A stretch of 64,000 nucleotides of DNA. Source: Lingula anatina (Eukaryota; Animalia; Brachiopoda). Of the stretch, positions 27,107-39,578 are shown in pieces. Every line of letters begins with the position of its first letter. The first letter of the stretch is position 1. The position numbers were made by a program, and so were the translations under genes. The notes under the pieces were generated by a model, which was not told where the DNA came from, did no database searches, and was given only the letters and a program-made list of their open reading frames with translations. The DNA lies in the NCBI GenBank assembly GCA_051362555.1, contig CM120648.1, forward strand, positions 14,752,587 through 14,816,586. The letters are read 5' to 3'.

Positions 27107-27108
27107 TT

Positions 27109-27147
<39 letters not shown>

Positions 27148-27150
27148 TTT
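27107..27150. repeat. (ATTT)n microsatellite
   Basis: Direct reading. Confidence 0.9.
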
Positions 27151-27847
27151 CATAAGATAACGAAAAGCATACCAAAAGATCTACATGCATCACCACTGAC
27201 ATGTTGATATGGATTAACACGTTGCTAAATAAGTTAATATTACAGAAGTGAAAGTTTTTTATTTTCATTTTATAACAACTGACCACATAAAATAACAGAA
27301 ACACGCCGAGTCATCGGGTGCACCTGCCAGGTTCATCGGCCCCGCACGCATCTGAACTGACAGCCCGAGGAATATCAACAACACAAAACGTTCAATCAAA
27401 AGACGGCAACGCAATTACTTGATAGCGCGAGTTTTTTATCAACTGTAGAAACTGTCACACTCCATCAACTGAACGTGGGAGTGAGGGGATAGCGTCAGCG
27501 ACGAAAACGTTCAGTAACTTTATCCAAAATAACTAATTCATAACGTTTTGATGGAAGCTAACTTACCAAGATATGCTTTCATAAGTCCATGAAGAAGTTA
27601 ACAATTATTCAAGTAACAAACTATGGTTGTGTCTTTAGAAGAGCTTTCATTTCATCAAAACATATTCTGTGCTGCCACTAACAAAAAGAAAAAAAAAATA
27701 AAAATGCGAAAAGAGGAAAGTGGAATAAAGGAAAACAACATGGAATTCAAACACACAATAAAACTGTATTAAGCAATTGGCCGTGAATGATACATTACTG
27801 GTGTGTTGTGACGAGGGAGGGTTTTCAACAATCGACGACTCTCTTCC

Positions 27848-27888
27848 TACACACGCACATACACACACATACACACACACACACATAC

Positions 27889-27921
<33 letters not shown>

Positions 27922-27972
27922 TACACACATACATACACACACATACACACACATACACACACACATACATAC

Positions 27973-28003
<31 letters not shown>

Positions 28004-28094
28004 TACACACACACATACATACACACATACACATACACACACATACACACAAATACACATACACACACACACACACATACACACACACACACAC
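27848..28094. repeat. Interrupted (CA)n/(CATA)n compound microsatellite
   Basis: Direct reading. Explains the overlapping HT/CV ORFs. Confidence 0.95.
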
Positions 28095-31000
28095 GTGTCA
28101 GGGAGGTAACACACGACGACAAAAAGCATGAAATAAACGCAATATACCAATATGCATTTATTTACGAGCAGGCTTTTACCAGCATCAGCCCTTACGCCAG
28201 TTGTTGGAGTTTCAGAGACTAAACAGGACAGTCTTTTCATTTCACACTCCCATGCGTCCGCTTGCCACCCCTGGTCACTTGTGATGAGATCACTTGTGTA
28301 TCAGTCAATCGTTGAACTGGTTTGAATGAACGGCCACGATGTGTCCGGTCCTGAATCTTGTTCTTCAATCCAGACATTGTAAAATGCCGTACATGTATAC
28401 GTTGTATGTTCGACTAACAGAAGCACTCTTGGTGTCATGATCAAGTAATTGCCCATTTTTTATACATTATCTGCGGGTAATATTTTAGAAAACGTTACAT
28501 TTGTTGTTCAGTTTTATAAACTAAGATAGAACCTATTTTAAGTGTAGGTTGATATCAAAATAATAAATGTAATATTTAATATTTATATTTAATATTTATA
28601 TTTAATATTTATATATATATATATATTCACAATATTGTTAGGTCAAAATACGCCCCGGTTACCAAATTAAATAGTCATAACTACGTCACCATATCCCTCC
28701 CTATTCTGTAAACATAGCGTCGTCCGGACACTCTGCCTCGATACATAATGGACACATTACTCTAGATGAACAAACGAAACAGAAAACAAAACAACGCTGC
28801 TCTCTTAACTATCATAACGAGACGCTTACCCTATCTCTCATATAGTTGTGTTCTGGCAGACATGCCCGGAAGCAACACAATGTGATATACATTGTCTTAA
28901 AAGACTGAATAAGAAAGAAGAAAAAGAAAGACGAACACTCTCCCTTCAGTTCTACTACCGCGCCAGGTCTTAACGCGCCCCCTGTGCTAATGTGTCTGTG
29001 CTCCAGTAATGGGCGGTCACTGGCGGTCTTGAACAACGCCTTAAGAAAAGAACATAGGAAGACACTTAACCTGTGCGCTCTGCGGTGATCTACGGCCCTT
29101 GAGTGTGAGTTAAGCGTGTCCCCGGTACAACCCTGCGGTCCATGACATTTGATTTTAGTCTTGCACAAAGCTTTCCCAGTGATATATCTCCCAGCGGCTT
29201 GTATTCTTTGAGTCTTTTGTTACACGACTTGTAAATGTAAAACTTTGTCTTGGCCAACAGAGGGACAGGGGGGTTCATAGCTGTTCGAAAACGATTTGTT
29301 TACAAAATTCTGAGCGAATAAGTCTTTTTTCCTTCTGCCCACGCCTACTCTCAGTAAAAACCCAGATCTGCCCGCGCACTGTATATCCAGTGTCTAGCAA
29401 GGTGAATAGAAGGTCCCCACACCGGGTGAGAACAGACTCACCGGGGACCGCGTGTTCGCCGAGGACAACAAAATACCTACAGCAAAGCATCTATTTTCAC
29501 AATAGAATCTGCTCGGAATTAACATAAATCATCCAAGTTTTTAATCTTAGTTTCATGCATCTTGTTAATATGTTAATATGGCAGCCTGAACACCCCCTTG
29601 AGAGCCACCCAAGTGATTGATGATAATTTGGAACACAATGTAACATTTATATAAGTTGGGCCCAAAGCACTTATGGGATATTGATATTATAAGAACAATC
29701 AGAAAAATCCGGTGACGGATCCATGGCGACGAAAAATATTGAAAAAAGGTTTCTTCTGACTTCAGTATGGCAGTTCTACCCCCTTTCGAAAAAGTAATCC
29801 CCCCCCCCCATCGCTACGTATAAAAAACATGAAGTAACTTACTATGTTGTTATAAAAATGGCTGAGATATCCAATTAATTAAAAAGGCACTGCATGCACC
29901 ACTGTAACATTGTATTTATAGGCAGAATACCTGTACTTCTAGCCCTAGAGACTCTGGTGTGCTTTTTAGTATCACTGATAATCAATGATTTAGTAAAATC
30001 CAAGAACTTCGAGGCATCATTTGATCTCAAACCCCTTGAACATACTGTGCTCTCTGGTTTGCATGTCAGATTTGTATGCACATTTTTTGTTTAAATTGTA
30101 TCTCTTATAACATTTTATCGAACCTTTTTTTAATTTCCCTGAAGCGTTTTCCCCCAAGAGGACAATACCATATTTGTTATCGAATTCCCAAACATTTTCT
30201 ATAAACTTCAGTTGTACTTTGAAGGTAAGTGGGTTTTGGTTGTTACGGTTCAAGTTGCCTTCGAAGTCTTGGATTCCGTCATGATAAATATGAGCCACAA
30301 ATATATTTTCTATCTATATGAAGCTGTATGTATTTTGCAAAACATTGTTTCAGCGATTTCGAGAGACAAGGTTGAAAAAACATCAAAATCAAGTTTAGAT
30401 AACAATAATGTATAATCTCAATTTTCTAACGTTCTCGGTTCTCGTAACGTAAGATTTTTCACAAAATCACAAATAATATGTTCATGTATACTGATTAATA
30501 ATGACTTGGTCTGAGCGACGATCTTTGCCTTGAGATTCACCTTGTATTGCTCAGTACGGTGAAACAATGGAGAGATTTAGGTGGGTCTTATTGGTTGTCA
30601 CCCATAGTCACAGTCAAGAATCCCAGGGCCGCCTGGAATCAAGCCGTGTTTGCTAACGAATAAATTAGTCAAATGGTCAAATTAGTCTGAAGATTTGTTG
30701 TAGAATCTTGTCTCTTGGAAGGGTGTGTACAAGAAAATATTGCCTGAGGTGCGATGTGAAAAAAACTAGTAGTCCTATATGTACAGGTTAGGGTTTGTCT
30801 GAGCATTGGGATTAGTTGCAAATTGTTCTAATAATTATTTTTATAATTTGCTTCTCAATGAGCTAGCGTCTGACGTAAAACCATAGTTCTAAGATAAAAC
30901 GTACGTCAGTAATATTGTTACCAGGCCAGTAAAATAGTCGTGAAGTCAGATATCGCTGCATTTAGGTAGTTAATTACACGAGTAAATAATAACTTTCAGA

Positions 31001-33657
31001 AATAGCTCCTAAATATACAAGTTTAAGCCAGAATCAAACAAAAGCAACTAAATCTGCTCTGGGCAATTTTAGCCTGCCGGTCCTTTAGATCAATAGTTAT
31101 CTAAGGCATGACGATTGATCAAATAATTATTTTGTTTTACCAGTGTTTGTATGGGACTCAGATAACGATGAAATACCAATTAGTTTTGGTGTTTAATGAA
31201 GTTCAGATTGATATTAGAATTAAACGACCCTGGGAACCGTCATCTGATAGTGTGTCCTCTAGTATCCGAGGCTTTGAAATGATTAGAAGGGTCGCTGATA
31301 TCCGGGGAGATATTATAATACTGGCGGCGATATCAAAGCTCCGATTTTGGGTCGAACTAAAAAGCGTAACCGGAGTACCTTTTTTGGCACAGTCAGCTGT
31401 TGACAACTATTTGTTATTTTTGAATAGATATCAATACAAGAACAATAAAAAATCCCATACAATATGTTTTGGAAGTCTGCACGTTTCTATTTCGTTTATT
31501 TATTATTGATTTTTTTAAGGTTCCGCTTTTAACTTAAGCGAGCCATAATCCCCACAATAAGAAATAAGTATCTGCTATTTATTTATTTATAATTGCAGTA
31601 TGTACAGAATTTTCGAGTAGCAAATCTGCCTACTAGATGGTACATGGTAAACCTGTAGAAAATCCTCGCATGCTTCTTTTTCATCAGGCTATCTCAGTTT
31701 CAAAAATCTAAATATAACTGGCATCACCGGAAAAAAAGGTTTGCAGACTGAGTACTGTAAGTAGTCGTAATGAAATTTCTGAACATCTGATGACTCTGCA
31801 AGTACGACTAATTCTAGATATGGAGTAATATTGATATGGATATAGCAGAGGTGATTTATTTACAACAGATGTTGTCTTAAAAAGAGCTTATATTTCTGCA
31901 TTTGTTTTGAGGTGGTGCTACCTTCATCAGTTTTTCCTTAAAAGTAGTACTATCAAAGAAGTCCAAAATCTTTTCATGCATACATCTTTTTAATTTCATC
32001 CATTGTTCTGGTGAGAAAATAATAACTGAGAAAGGCCCCTGACGTACGTTTGATCAGTGCTTCTGGTAATCTATCAGTTTTTGTCCGTGCTGCGGTATAT
32101 CACCGTGGCCATGGCAGTAGAAGTATCACAACGGCATTCCTCTAAGAACCGGGTATCAGACCAGATACATAATACCGCGTCAATACACTTGATATTACAA
32201 ATTTTGTCCGGTACGCTGATTTCTTGTTTGAATTAAAGCAGTAATACAACCAGAAACATTTCGACAAAGAAACCAAAACAGTCTTTATATCATTGACGGC
32301 ACATTTGAGGTCTTCTTCAGTGCAGATATATATAGGTATAATAGGCAGATCAAAACTCAAACTTTGCTAAAAGCGTTTCCTATATCAAAATAAAAGGCAC
32401 CATCAAAGGATATTACAATGAATTGTACTAGTTCAATACTACATGGCTTTGGGAGCACTAGAAATGATTATCGTGCTCGAAATAGTTCGAAGAATAAAAC
32501 AAACAACCACACCTTTAATTGTGCCCTGAGACGCATTTCCGCGTCAGCTGTGTTTTTTTTTTCTTTTCTCTGTTTTGCGATGTTTTAAGAAAATATAGGC
32601 TGAACATCAAACTAAAGGATCACATATTTCAAATATTTAGAAACGCGTATGTCATTATCTATGTTATTGTACCTATATTTAAATTAAAAATTCGGTTTCA
32701 CAATCGCCCGATTTGGTCCACCTAGCAATTGATCTATGCCAAACTATTCGACGACGACAAGCACTAAATTCTAAATGTCTCAATCGGTATGATTTCATCC
32801 AATAGTTATTATAACATAAAAAGGTCTCAGAGAATATTTCTATGTGTTTTTGGGGAATTTTAACAAAAAAAGATGACTATAGATCGTTTGCTTTAGTGCG
32901 TGGAAAATGGAAAATTTGACCGAGTCCACTAGACCTATATCTACGCTTTTGAAAACTACGCAGATGTCACATTTTTCCATTCTAAGAATCGATGTATGAC
33001 AAACTTCAAAACGAGGAACACCCAGAAATTATCGATATCAAATTTGCCCTATTGTATACTGTTCGTCAAGGAGACCCTTTGTCTCTTCCAATTCACCGCG
33101 CGGTCGTGCATTGAGAGTTGGTCTAATACAGGATATATCGGATGTTTGCTTATAATCTTTTTACAGCTTGCATTTCTCCTCATCGTCAGTGTGACAAGTA
33201 TCAAAGACATATGTCGGTCTGTCCGTAATCGATTGGAGACAGGTTGTAGCACGGGATCACCCAGTAAAATTGGTATATTGACTAGTATAGCATAGATAGA
33301 TAGGGTATATTTAAATCTAAATACCAAAAAAGGAGATGTTACTTACACAATATGCCTCTGATATTTATAAGAATAATTATAATTTGCCTGTAATATTTAT
33401 AAGAAAACCACCCTCACAGGCATTTGTTGCACATCTGTTTTTATTTGTTAAACATCAGATGCCAATTTTTCAAATTCAACGTTTTACAAAGTATCTGGCC
33501 ACATGCTGAACATAAGACGCCCAATTTGTGTTAACCACTCGATATGTGTTAAACACTCAATTTTCCAGTGTAATTAAAACGCCGGATATGTGTCGCTGTC
33601 TTGTAATCAATATAACTAAAATTAATTTGTCTGTGCGCTTTTAAACAACGTAATCCC

Positions 33658-34367
33658 GTGTACATGGTGGCCTCCAGCCCTGGGCATCGTAAGGGTGTGT
33701 ACATGGTGGCCTGCAGTCCTGGGTATCGTAAGGACGTGTACATGAAGGTCTGCAGTCCTGGGTATCGTAAGGGTGTGTACATGAAGGTCTGCAGTCCTGG
33801 GTATCATAAGGACGTGTACATGAAGGTCTGCAGTCCTGGGTATCGTAAGGGTGTGTACATGAAGGTCTGCAGTCCTGGGTATCATAGTCCTGGGTATCGT
33901 AAGGACGTTTACATGAAGGTCTGCAGTCCTGGGTATCGTAAGGGTGTGTACATGAAGGTCTGTAGTCCTGGGTATCGTAAGGGTGTGTACATGAAGGTCT
34001 GTAGTCCTGGGTATCGTAAGGACGTGTACATGAAGATCTGCAGTCCTGGGTATCGTAAGGGTGTGTACATGAAGGTCTGTAGTCCTGGGTATCGTAAGGG
34101 AGTGTACACGAAGGTCTGCAGTCCTGGGTATCGTAAGGGTGTGTACATGAAGGTCTGCAGTCCTGGGTATCGTAAGGACGTGTACATGAAGGTCTGCAGT
34201 CCTGGGTATCGTAAGGGTGTGTACATGAAGGTCTGCAGTCCTGGGTATCGTAAGGACGTGTACATGAAGGTCTGCAGTCCTGGGTATCGTAAGGGTGTGT
34301 ACATGAAGATCTGTAGTCCTGGGTATCGTAAGGGTGTGTACATGAATGCGTCAGTACTGGGTATCGT
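33658..34367. repeat. 39-bp minisatellite (GTGTACATGAAGGTCTGCAGTCCTGGGTATCGTAAGGGT, ~18 copies)
   Basis: Near-identical 39-bp units with one 15-bp partial unit near 33886. Reads as an uninterrupted (KGVYMKVCSPGYR)n ORF on the + strand. Confidence 0.95.
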
Positions 34368-34479
34368 GCTTTTTACATACCCGTGACGTCATGTGCATGC
34401 AATCCAGTTTCTTTTAAATCTTAGTAACCTTTCGTCAACAGATACCTCGACATGCACATCGTGCATAAATAATTCCGCA

Positions 34480-37400
34480 ATCATTTTACGATGGTAAGGG
34501 CATTTACGATGCATTTTAACTCAACAGATTTGTCTATGAGAGTGTTATAAAGTAACACATATTTGCAAACACTGCGCCAAAATAATATCAATTTACGTGT
34601 AATTAGATCCCCCGATTTGGGAACATAACTGACGACGCTGCTCTTATTGGATTCGTGATTGTTTTGTGTTCTCCACTAAGAGCTCTTTAACACGCTGTTA
34701 TCAAAATGGCTTTTTGTTTTTGGCTCCTTTTGTAAACTATTGTATTTTATACTAACGGGTCGATGGTGTGAATGGAATTTTGATATCGATTACAGGCGCT
34801 TCTATCCATCTATCAGTGTATATCTGGAGCCAGATGATAGTTGTTACCTTTATATTCTTTCAGACGTAAGTAATATTGTTCCAGAACACTGGCAATTGTG
34901 TCAATATGCTCGTGAAACTGTCGCGCATATCCTCGAGACATACACCGGGCGAAACTTTCTCATTTGGGTCAAAACACCACGTGTTCTTAATGACATAAAG
35001 CAGTTATAAAACAGACATATAATCAAAGCAGAATAGGTAATAACGAGATTGGTTCAGATAAGTTAATGATGTGCCGAAATATACCTAAGGGAAGATATGG
35101 GAAACGTAACTTGATAAAGAGTATTATAAAGAGATATAATAAGCCAAAAATGTCCAATTTCTGCCTACACATTTAGTAAATAACCTCCAATTACAAGCCA
35201 ATACAACTGCACACATATAACAAAGCTTATTAAATCCCCCCCCCCCCCCCCGGTTTTCGTCCCGTTGGGTAAGACAAGTCTCAATATCAACTGTTAGTAA
35301 GAGCCAATAAAAAATTACACAACTTGTATTAAAAGTCAAATCAGGCAAAAGTATTATGAGACATTTATTATTTTTAGCGGAATGTGGTGTTTAAGAAAAA
35401 AACAAAGCTTATTAAATTGTTCCCGGTTGTAGTCCTGTTGGGTAGGACCAGTCTCAATACCAACTTTTCGTAAGAGCCGGTAAAAAATGACATATTTTGG
35501 ATTAAAGGTCAAATCAATTAAAAGTATTACGAGACCTTTATATTATTTTAAAGTAACAAGTTTTTTTAAACACTGCACTTGAAATATCATCTTAGTTAGT
35601 CGACCCCCTCCATTTGTGAACATAACTATTAGATTTTTGATTGTGCAACCTTGTTTGATTACTTATTTCTAAGAGGATAGCAGCTTGAAAACGCAGAACC
35701 ACTTCAACTATAGATCATGTAGATTTTTATTCTTCACACACGGGCTACAGGCTGGCACGCAGGCAGGGACAGTCACGACCATCTCCCGGGGTCTCTCTCT
35801 CTGTATCTGAGAGGCCCAGAATTTATAGGGAATCGCACTGATTCCTGCGTGCCCAAAAACTATTAGTAAACGTACATGATTTAAAAAGAAGACAATTAAA
35901 GCTAAATACAGGGACTATGTTATTTGTTATAGTAGCCCTGAACATGGATTTATTCTCCGGGTAGGAAGGTTACATAACGCTCGGACCTGGAATTGGCTTT
36001 AACGAAGTTATCTCAGGTGTGGCGACTTGTTTTTGGTAGAAGAGATCAAAAGAACCAAATGGAAATAATGAGGCCTTAGTACCTCTACGATTTTAGGATC
36101 GTCACCGGGTTTCCCTTTTCTGTCATCTGAAAGGGTGTACATGTATCTTCAATTATCTAAATTAATAACCCTAACGAGATTTTTGTTTCTAATTTTGGTT
36201 TCTCTTCCGTGATTGAAAATGTGATTTAAAGGCAGAGACAAATTGTATAACGCTACCGTGTTATAATTGTTTTGTACATGACACTAAGCGACCCTTAACA
36301 CGCTGTTATTATAATGGCTTTTTGTTTTTTTCTCCTTTTGTGAACTGTTGCATTTTATACCAAGAGTGGTTTAGTTAAAGTAATGATATCCTGAAATATA
36401 CGAAAGGGAATATACGGGAAAATCAACTTGATAAACAACATTATTAAGAGATATATTCAGCCAAATTTTTCCATTTTTGGAAAATAATTTAGTTGATAAC
36501 CTTTAAAATTAAAGCCATATAACTGCATACAAATAACAATGCTTATTAAATTGTCCCCGGTTGTAGTCCTATTGGGTTGGACCAGTCTCAATACCAACTT
36601 TTCGTAAAAGCCGGTAACAAATTACACAACTTGGATTAAAGGTCAAATTAGATAAAAGACCTTTATTATTTTAACGTAGTGTAGGGTTTAAGAAATAACA
36701 GTCTATGGGCAAAGTCACCGGTATAGACTGGGAGGGGGCTGGCTACAGTTTTTGTATTCCTTTATAAAGTTAAGAAAGTATTAAAAACGTGATACACCAA
36801 CGCACGCACACAAACACCGGTTAATGGACGTCTTCTCTGTTTTGTAAATAGTCATTAAGTGACGTTTATATGTCACATATGAAGATAAAGACTTTAACTT
36901 GAACAACCAAACAGTTTAACATTGCTGAAAGGGTCGCAGACATTGTTTGAGGTAATGGATAACAAATACCTCGATATGCATATCGTGTCTGACGCAAAGT
37001 TAATATTTTTCCAATAATTTTACGATGATTAGGGCATTTACGATACATTTAACTCAACAGATTTGTCTAGGGGAATGTTTTTAAAGTAACAAATATTTGA
37101 AAACACTGCGCACGAAATATCGCCTAACGTGTTAGTTGACCCCGATTTGGGAACATAACTGACGACGCTGCTCCTATTGGATTCGTGATTGTTTTGTGTT
37201 CTCCACTAAGAGCTCTTTAACACGCTGTTATCAAAATGGCTTTTTGTTTTTGGCTCCTTTTGTAAACTATTGTATTTTATACTAACGGGTCGATGGTGTG
37301 AATGGAATTTTGATATCGATTACAGGCGCTTCTATCCATCTATCAGTGTATATCTGGAGCCAGATGATAGTTGTTACCTTTATATTCTTTCAGACGTAAG

Positions 37401-38290
37401 TAATATTGTTCCAGAACACTGGCAATTGTGTCAATATGCTCGTGAAACCGTCGCGCATATCCGGGGGAAACTTTCTCAGTAGGGACAAAACACCATAAAG
37501 CAGTTATAAAATGGACTAATGACATTAAGCAGTCATTAGACAGACATATAATAAAAATAGAATAGGTAGTAACAAGAGTGGTTTAGTTAAAGTAACAATG
37601 TTCCTTAATATACCAAAGGGAATATACGGGAAAAACAGCTTGATAAACAACATTATAAATAGATATATTTATCCAGAAATGTCCATTTCTGGAAAATAAT
37701 TTAGTAGATAACCTTTAAAATAAAAGCCAATACAACTGCATACAATTAACAAAGCTTATTAAATTGCCCCCGGTTTTTGTCCTGTTGGGTAAGACCAGTC
37801 TTCAATACCAACTGCCGGTAAGAGCCGGTACACATCTTGGATTAAAGGTCAAATAAGATAAAAGACCTTTATTATTTTTAACGGAATGTAGGGTTTAAGA
37901 AAAAACTTTTCATGGGCAAAGTCGTCGGTATAAAATGGGGCTGCTTCACAAGTATTGAAACTGCGATACACCAACTGGTTGATGCACGTCTTCTATTTGG
38001 TAAAAATCTCATAAAGTTACGCTCATGTGTCACATCTGATGATTCTAACTTGAATAATCAAGCGATTTTCACTTTGGCCACTTTCAGAATACTGGACTAA
38101 CTTGTCCGCGGGTCAAATATGGCGACCCACTGAAAAGCTTACCGGCTAATTAATCCGCTTATAGACACTGAATAGATTCCCCGTGGGGAAGTATTCAAGT
38201 GAGTCGGCCATATTTGGCCCTCGGACTAGTTAGTCCTCTGTTCTGAATGCGACCTTGTTGTGAGGGTCGCAGATATTGTTTAGGGTGATA
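34480..38290 (+). repeat. Local triplication of a ~1.2-kb unit (A ~34480-35560, partial B ~36290-37010, C ~37015-38290)
   Basis: Collinear blocks. The core 34611-34932 equals 37141-37462 with 2 substitutions. The module GCTTATTAAAT..GACCAGTCTCAATACCAACT..GATTAAAGGTCAAAT recurs near 35220, 35400, 36535 and 37748. Confidence 0.9.
38075..38255. mobile_element. Small foldback MITE with ~60-bp imperfect TIRs
   Basis: TTCAGAATACTGGACTAACTTGTCCGCGGGTCAAATATGGCGAC is mirrored by GTCGGCCATATTTGGCCCTCGGACTAGTTAGTCCTCTGTTCTGAA. Absent at the paralogous site in copy B (~36895-36945). Confidence 0.75.
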
Positions 38291-39193
38291 CACGAGGTAT
38301 CGTCAAACCATTCAATACATAATTCCCCAGCGTGCATATAACGGGAGAAATCACATGGATGATCATCGCAATGTCCGCTGGTATCTCCATGAAGTGGTCT
38401 CTATTGATAGTGTGGGCGGAGAGACAGACCCAAGCTAAATGGAGTCATTTTCAAGTATAATGTTAAAAAAATGACGCGAAGCAAATCTGTATCACGAGGG
38501 TCGATATTTGAGATGGATAGTGTTACTCAATGGACGCCTCTCAAACGATTGTCATATTTAAATCCAATTACTACGCATATGTTGCATATGGGGGCCTCCA
38601 AACATAGTTAGATAATAAAGGAAACATTTTTCACGTGACTTAGAAAGCGCAAAACATCACCAATCAAATACATATTCTGGATCCTATTTTCAGAATCAAT
38701 GTAGTTGGTACTGTGTTACAAATCTTTACACAAACGATACCACCTGATGGCATCAAACTTTATCCTACGCTTTCCTCGTGATCTAAAATCGTTCCCAAAT
38801 ACATTATTACCAGAGAAAGTCTTTTTCGGGTTCTTTGCATAAGTAGTCTACGCTCATATCGTTTTCAGCAATAACGCTTGCCGAACATGACGTCAATATA
38901 CTATGTATAATTATTTACCGACAAGGTCGTGCTGTAAGTGTTTCTCTTCCTCTTCCCCCTCTCCCCATGACTTGTAGGATATCACGATTTTATTTCTTTT
39001 CAATGCTGTCATTTGCACTGCCAGGCTAAAGGCCGCAGTTCCGATCTTACATAAGAGAGGAGAAAAGAAATGTTTAGATAACTTACGTGTGGTATACGAC
39101 AGTAGTTCTATATATATATAGACATTGATTTGCCGCCGCAGACAGGAGACTGGCTAGCGGCAGGCACTCTAACCCAAGACTTCCTCGCCTCTC

Positions 39194-39286
39194 ATTGGTC
39201 GGGGGAGAACTTCATGATGACGTCGTCGCGGTCTATTCAGCTCTCCAATAATTCCCACAGTCGCTAAGCTTCCACGCGTATTTAAG
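39194..39286 (+). promoter_or_regulatory. Putative core/proximal promoter of the neuropeptide gene
   Basis: Inverted CCAAT (ATTGG 39194), CRE-like TGACGTCG (39218), CCAAT (39245) and TATA-like TATTTAAG (39279), in plausible order ~230 bp upstream of the signal-peptide ATG. Confidence 0.55.
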
Positions 39287-39512
39287 CTACGTTCATTCTT
39301 TCAAAGACAATCGACTAAACGAGCGACCCACCGGCAAAAGTGTGACAAGGAAACTATCGCAGCTTTAAAGGACAGACAGAAGGGAACCGCCAAAAGAGAA
39401 CAGTCAAGGGCTAAATAACTCTATTTGTGGTCCGCTCGTTTTGGAAACAAGAACAAAAGCTATAGTATTCTGAGGACTCCAGAACAGAATTTGTGCACCT
39501 GTCACGAGCATT

Positions 39513-39578
39513 ATGAAGTTTGCAACTGGGTACGTCACTTTTGGAATGATGGTGGTATTGGCGCTGGCAGATGTCAAG
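39513..39578 (+). CDS. Signal-peptide exon (coding exon 1) of the pedal peptide/orcokinin-like precursor: MKFATGYVTFGMMVVLALADVK
   Basis: M-K start, hydrophobic core and an A-L-A cleavage motif. Ends at the donor AAG|GTACGT in phase 0, matching the phase-0 acceptor at 60184 of an exon that lacks its own signal peptide. The linkage across 20.6 kb is inferred. Confidence 0.75.

Noticed and set aside
27647-28240. 197-aa and overlapping ORFs
   Set aside because: Produced by (CA)n/(CATA)n repeats.
29441-29490. Minus-strand micro-exon (YFVVLGEHAVP) with a GTGAGT donor, resembling the trypsin LGEH motif
   Set aside because: Too short, and no other protease exons were found nearby.
33658-34367. CRISPR-like array or EGF-repeat protein (CSPGY)
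   Set aside because: Contiguous tandem units with no unique spacers, and only one Cys per unit, so neither a CRISPR array nor an EGF fold.
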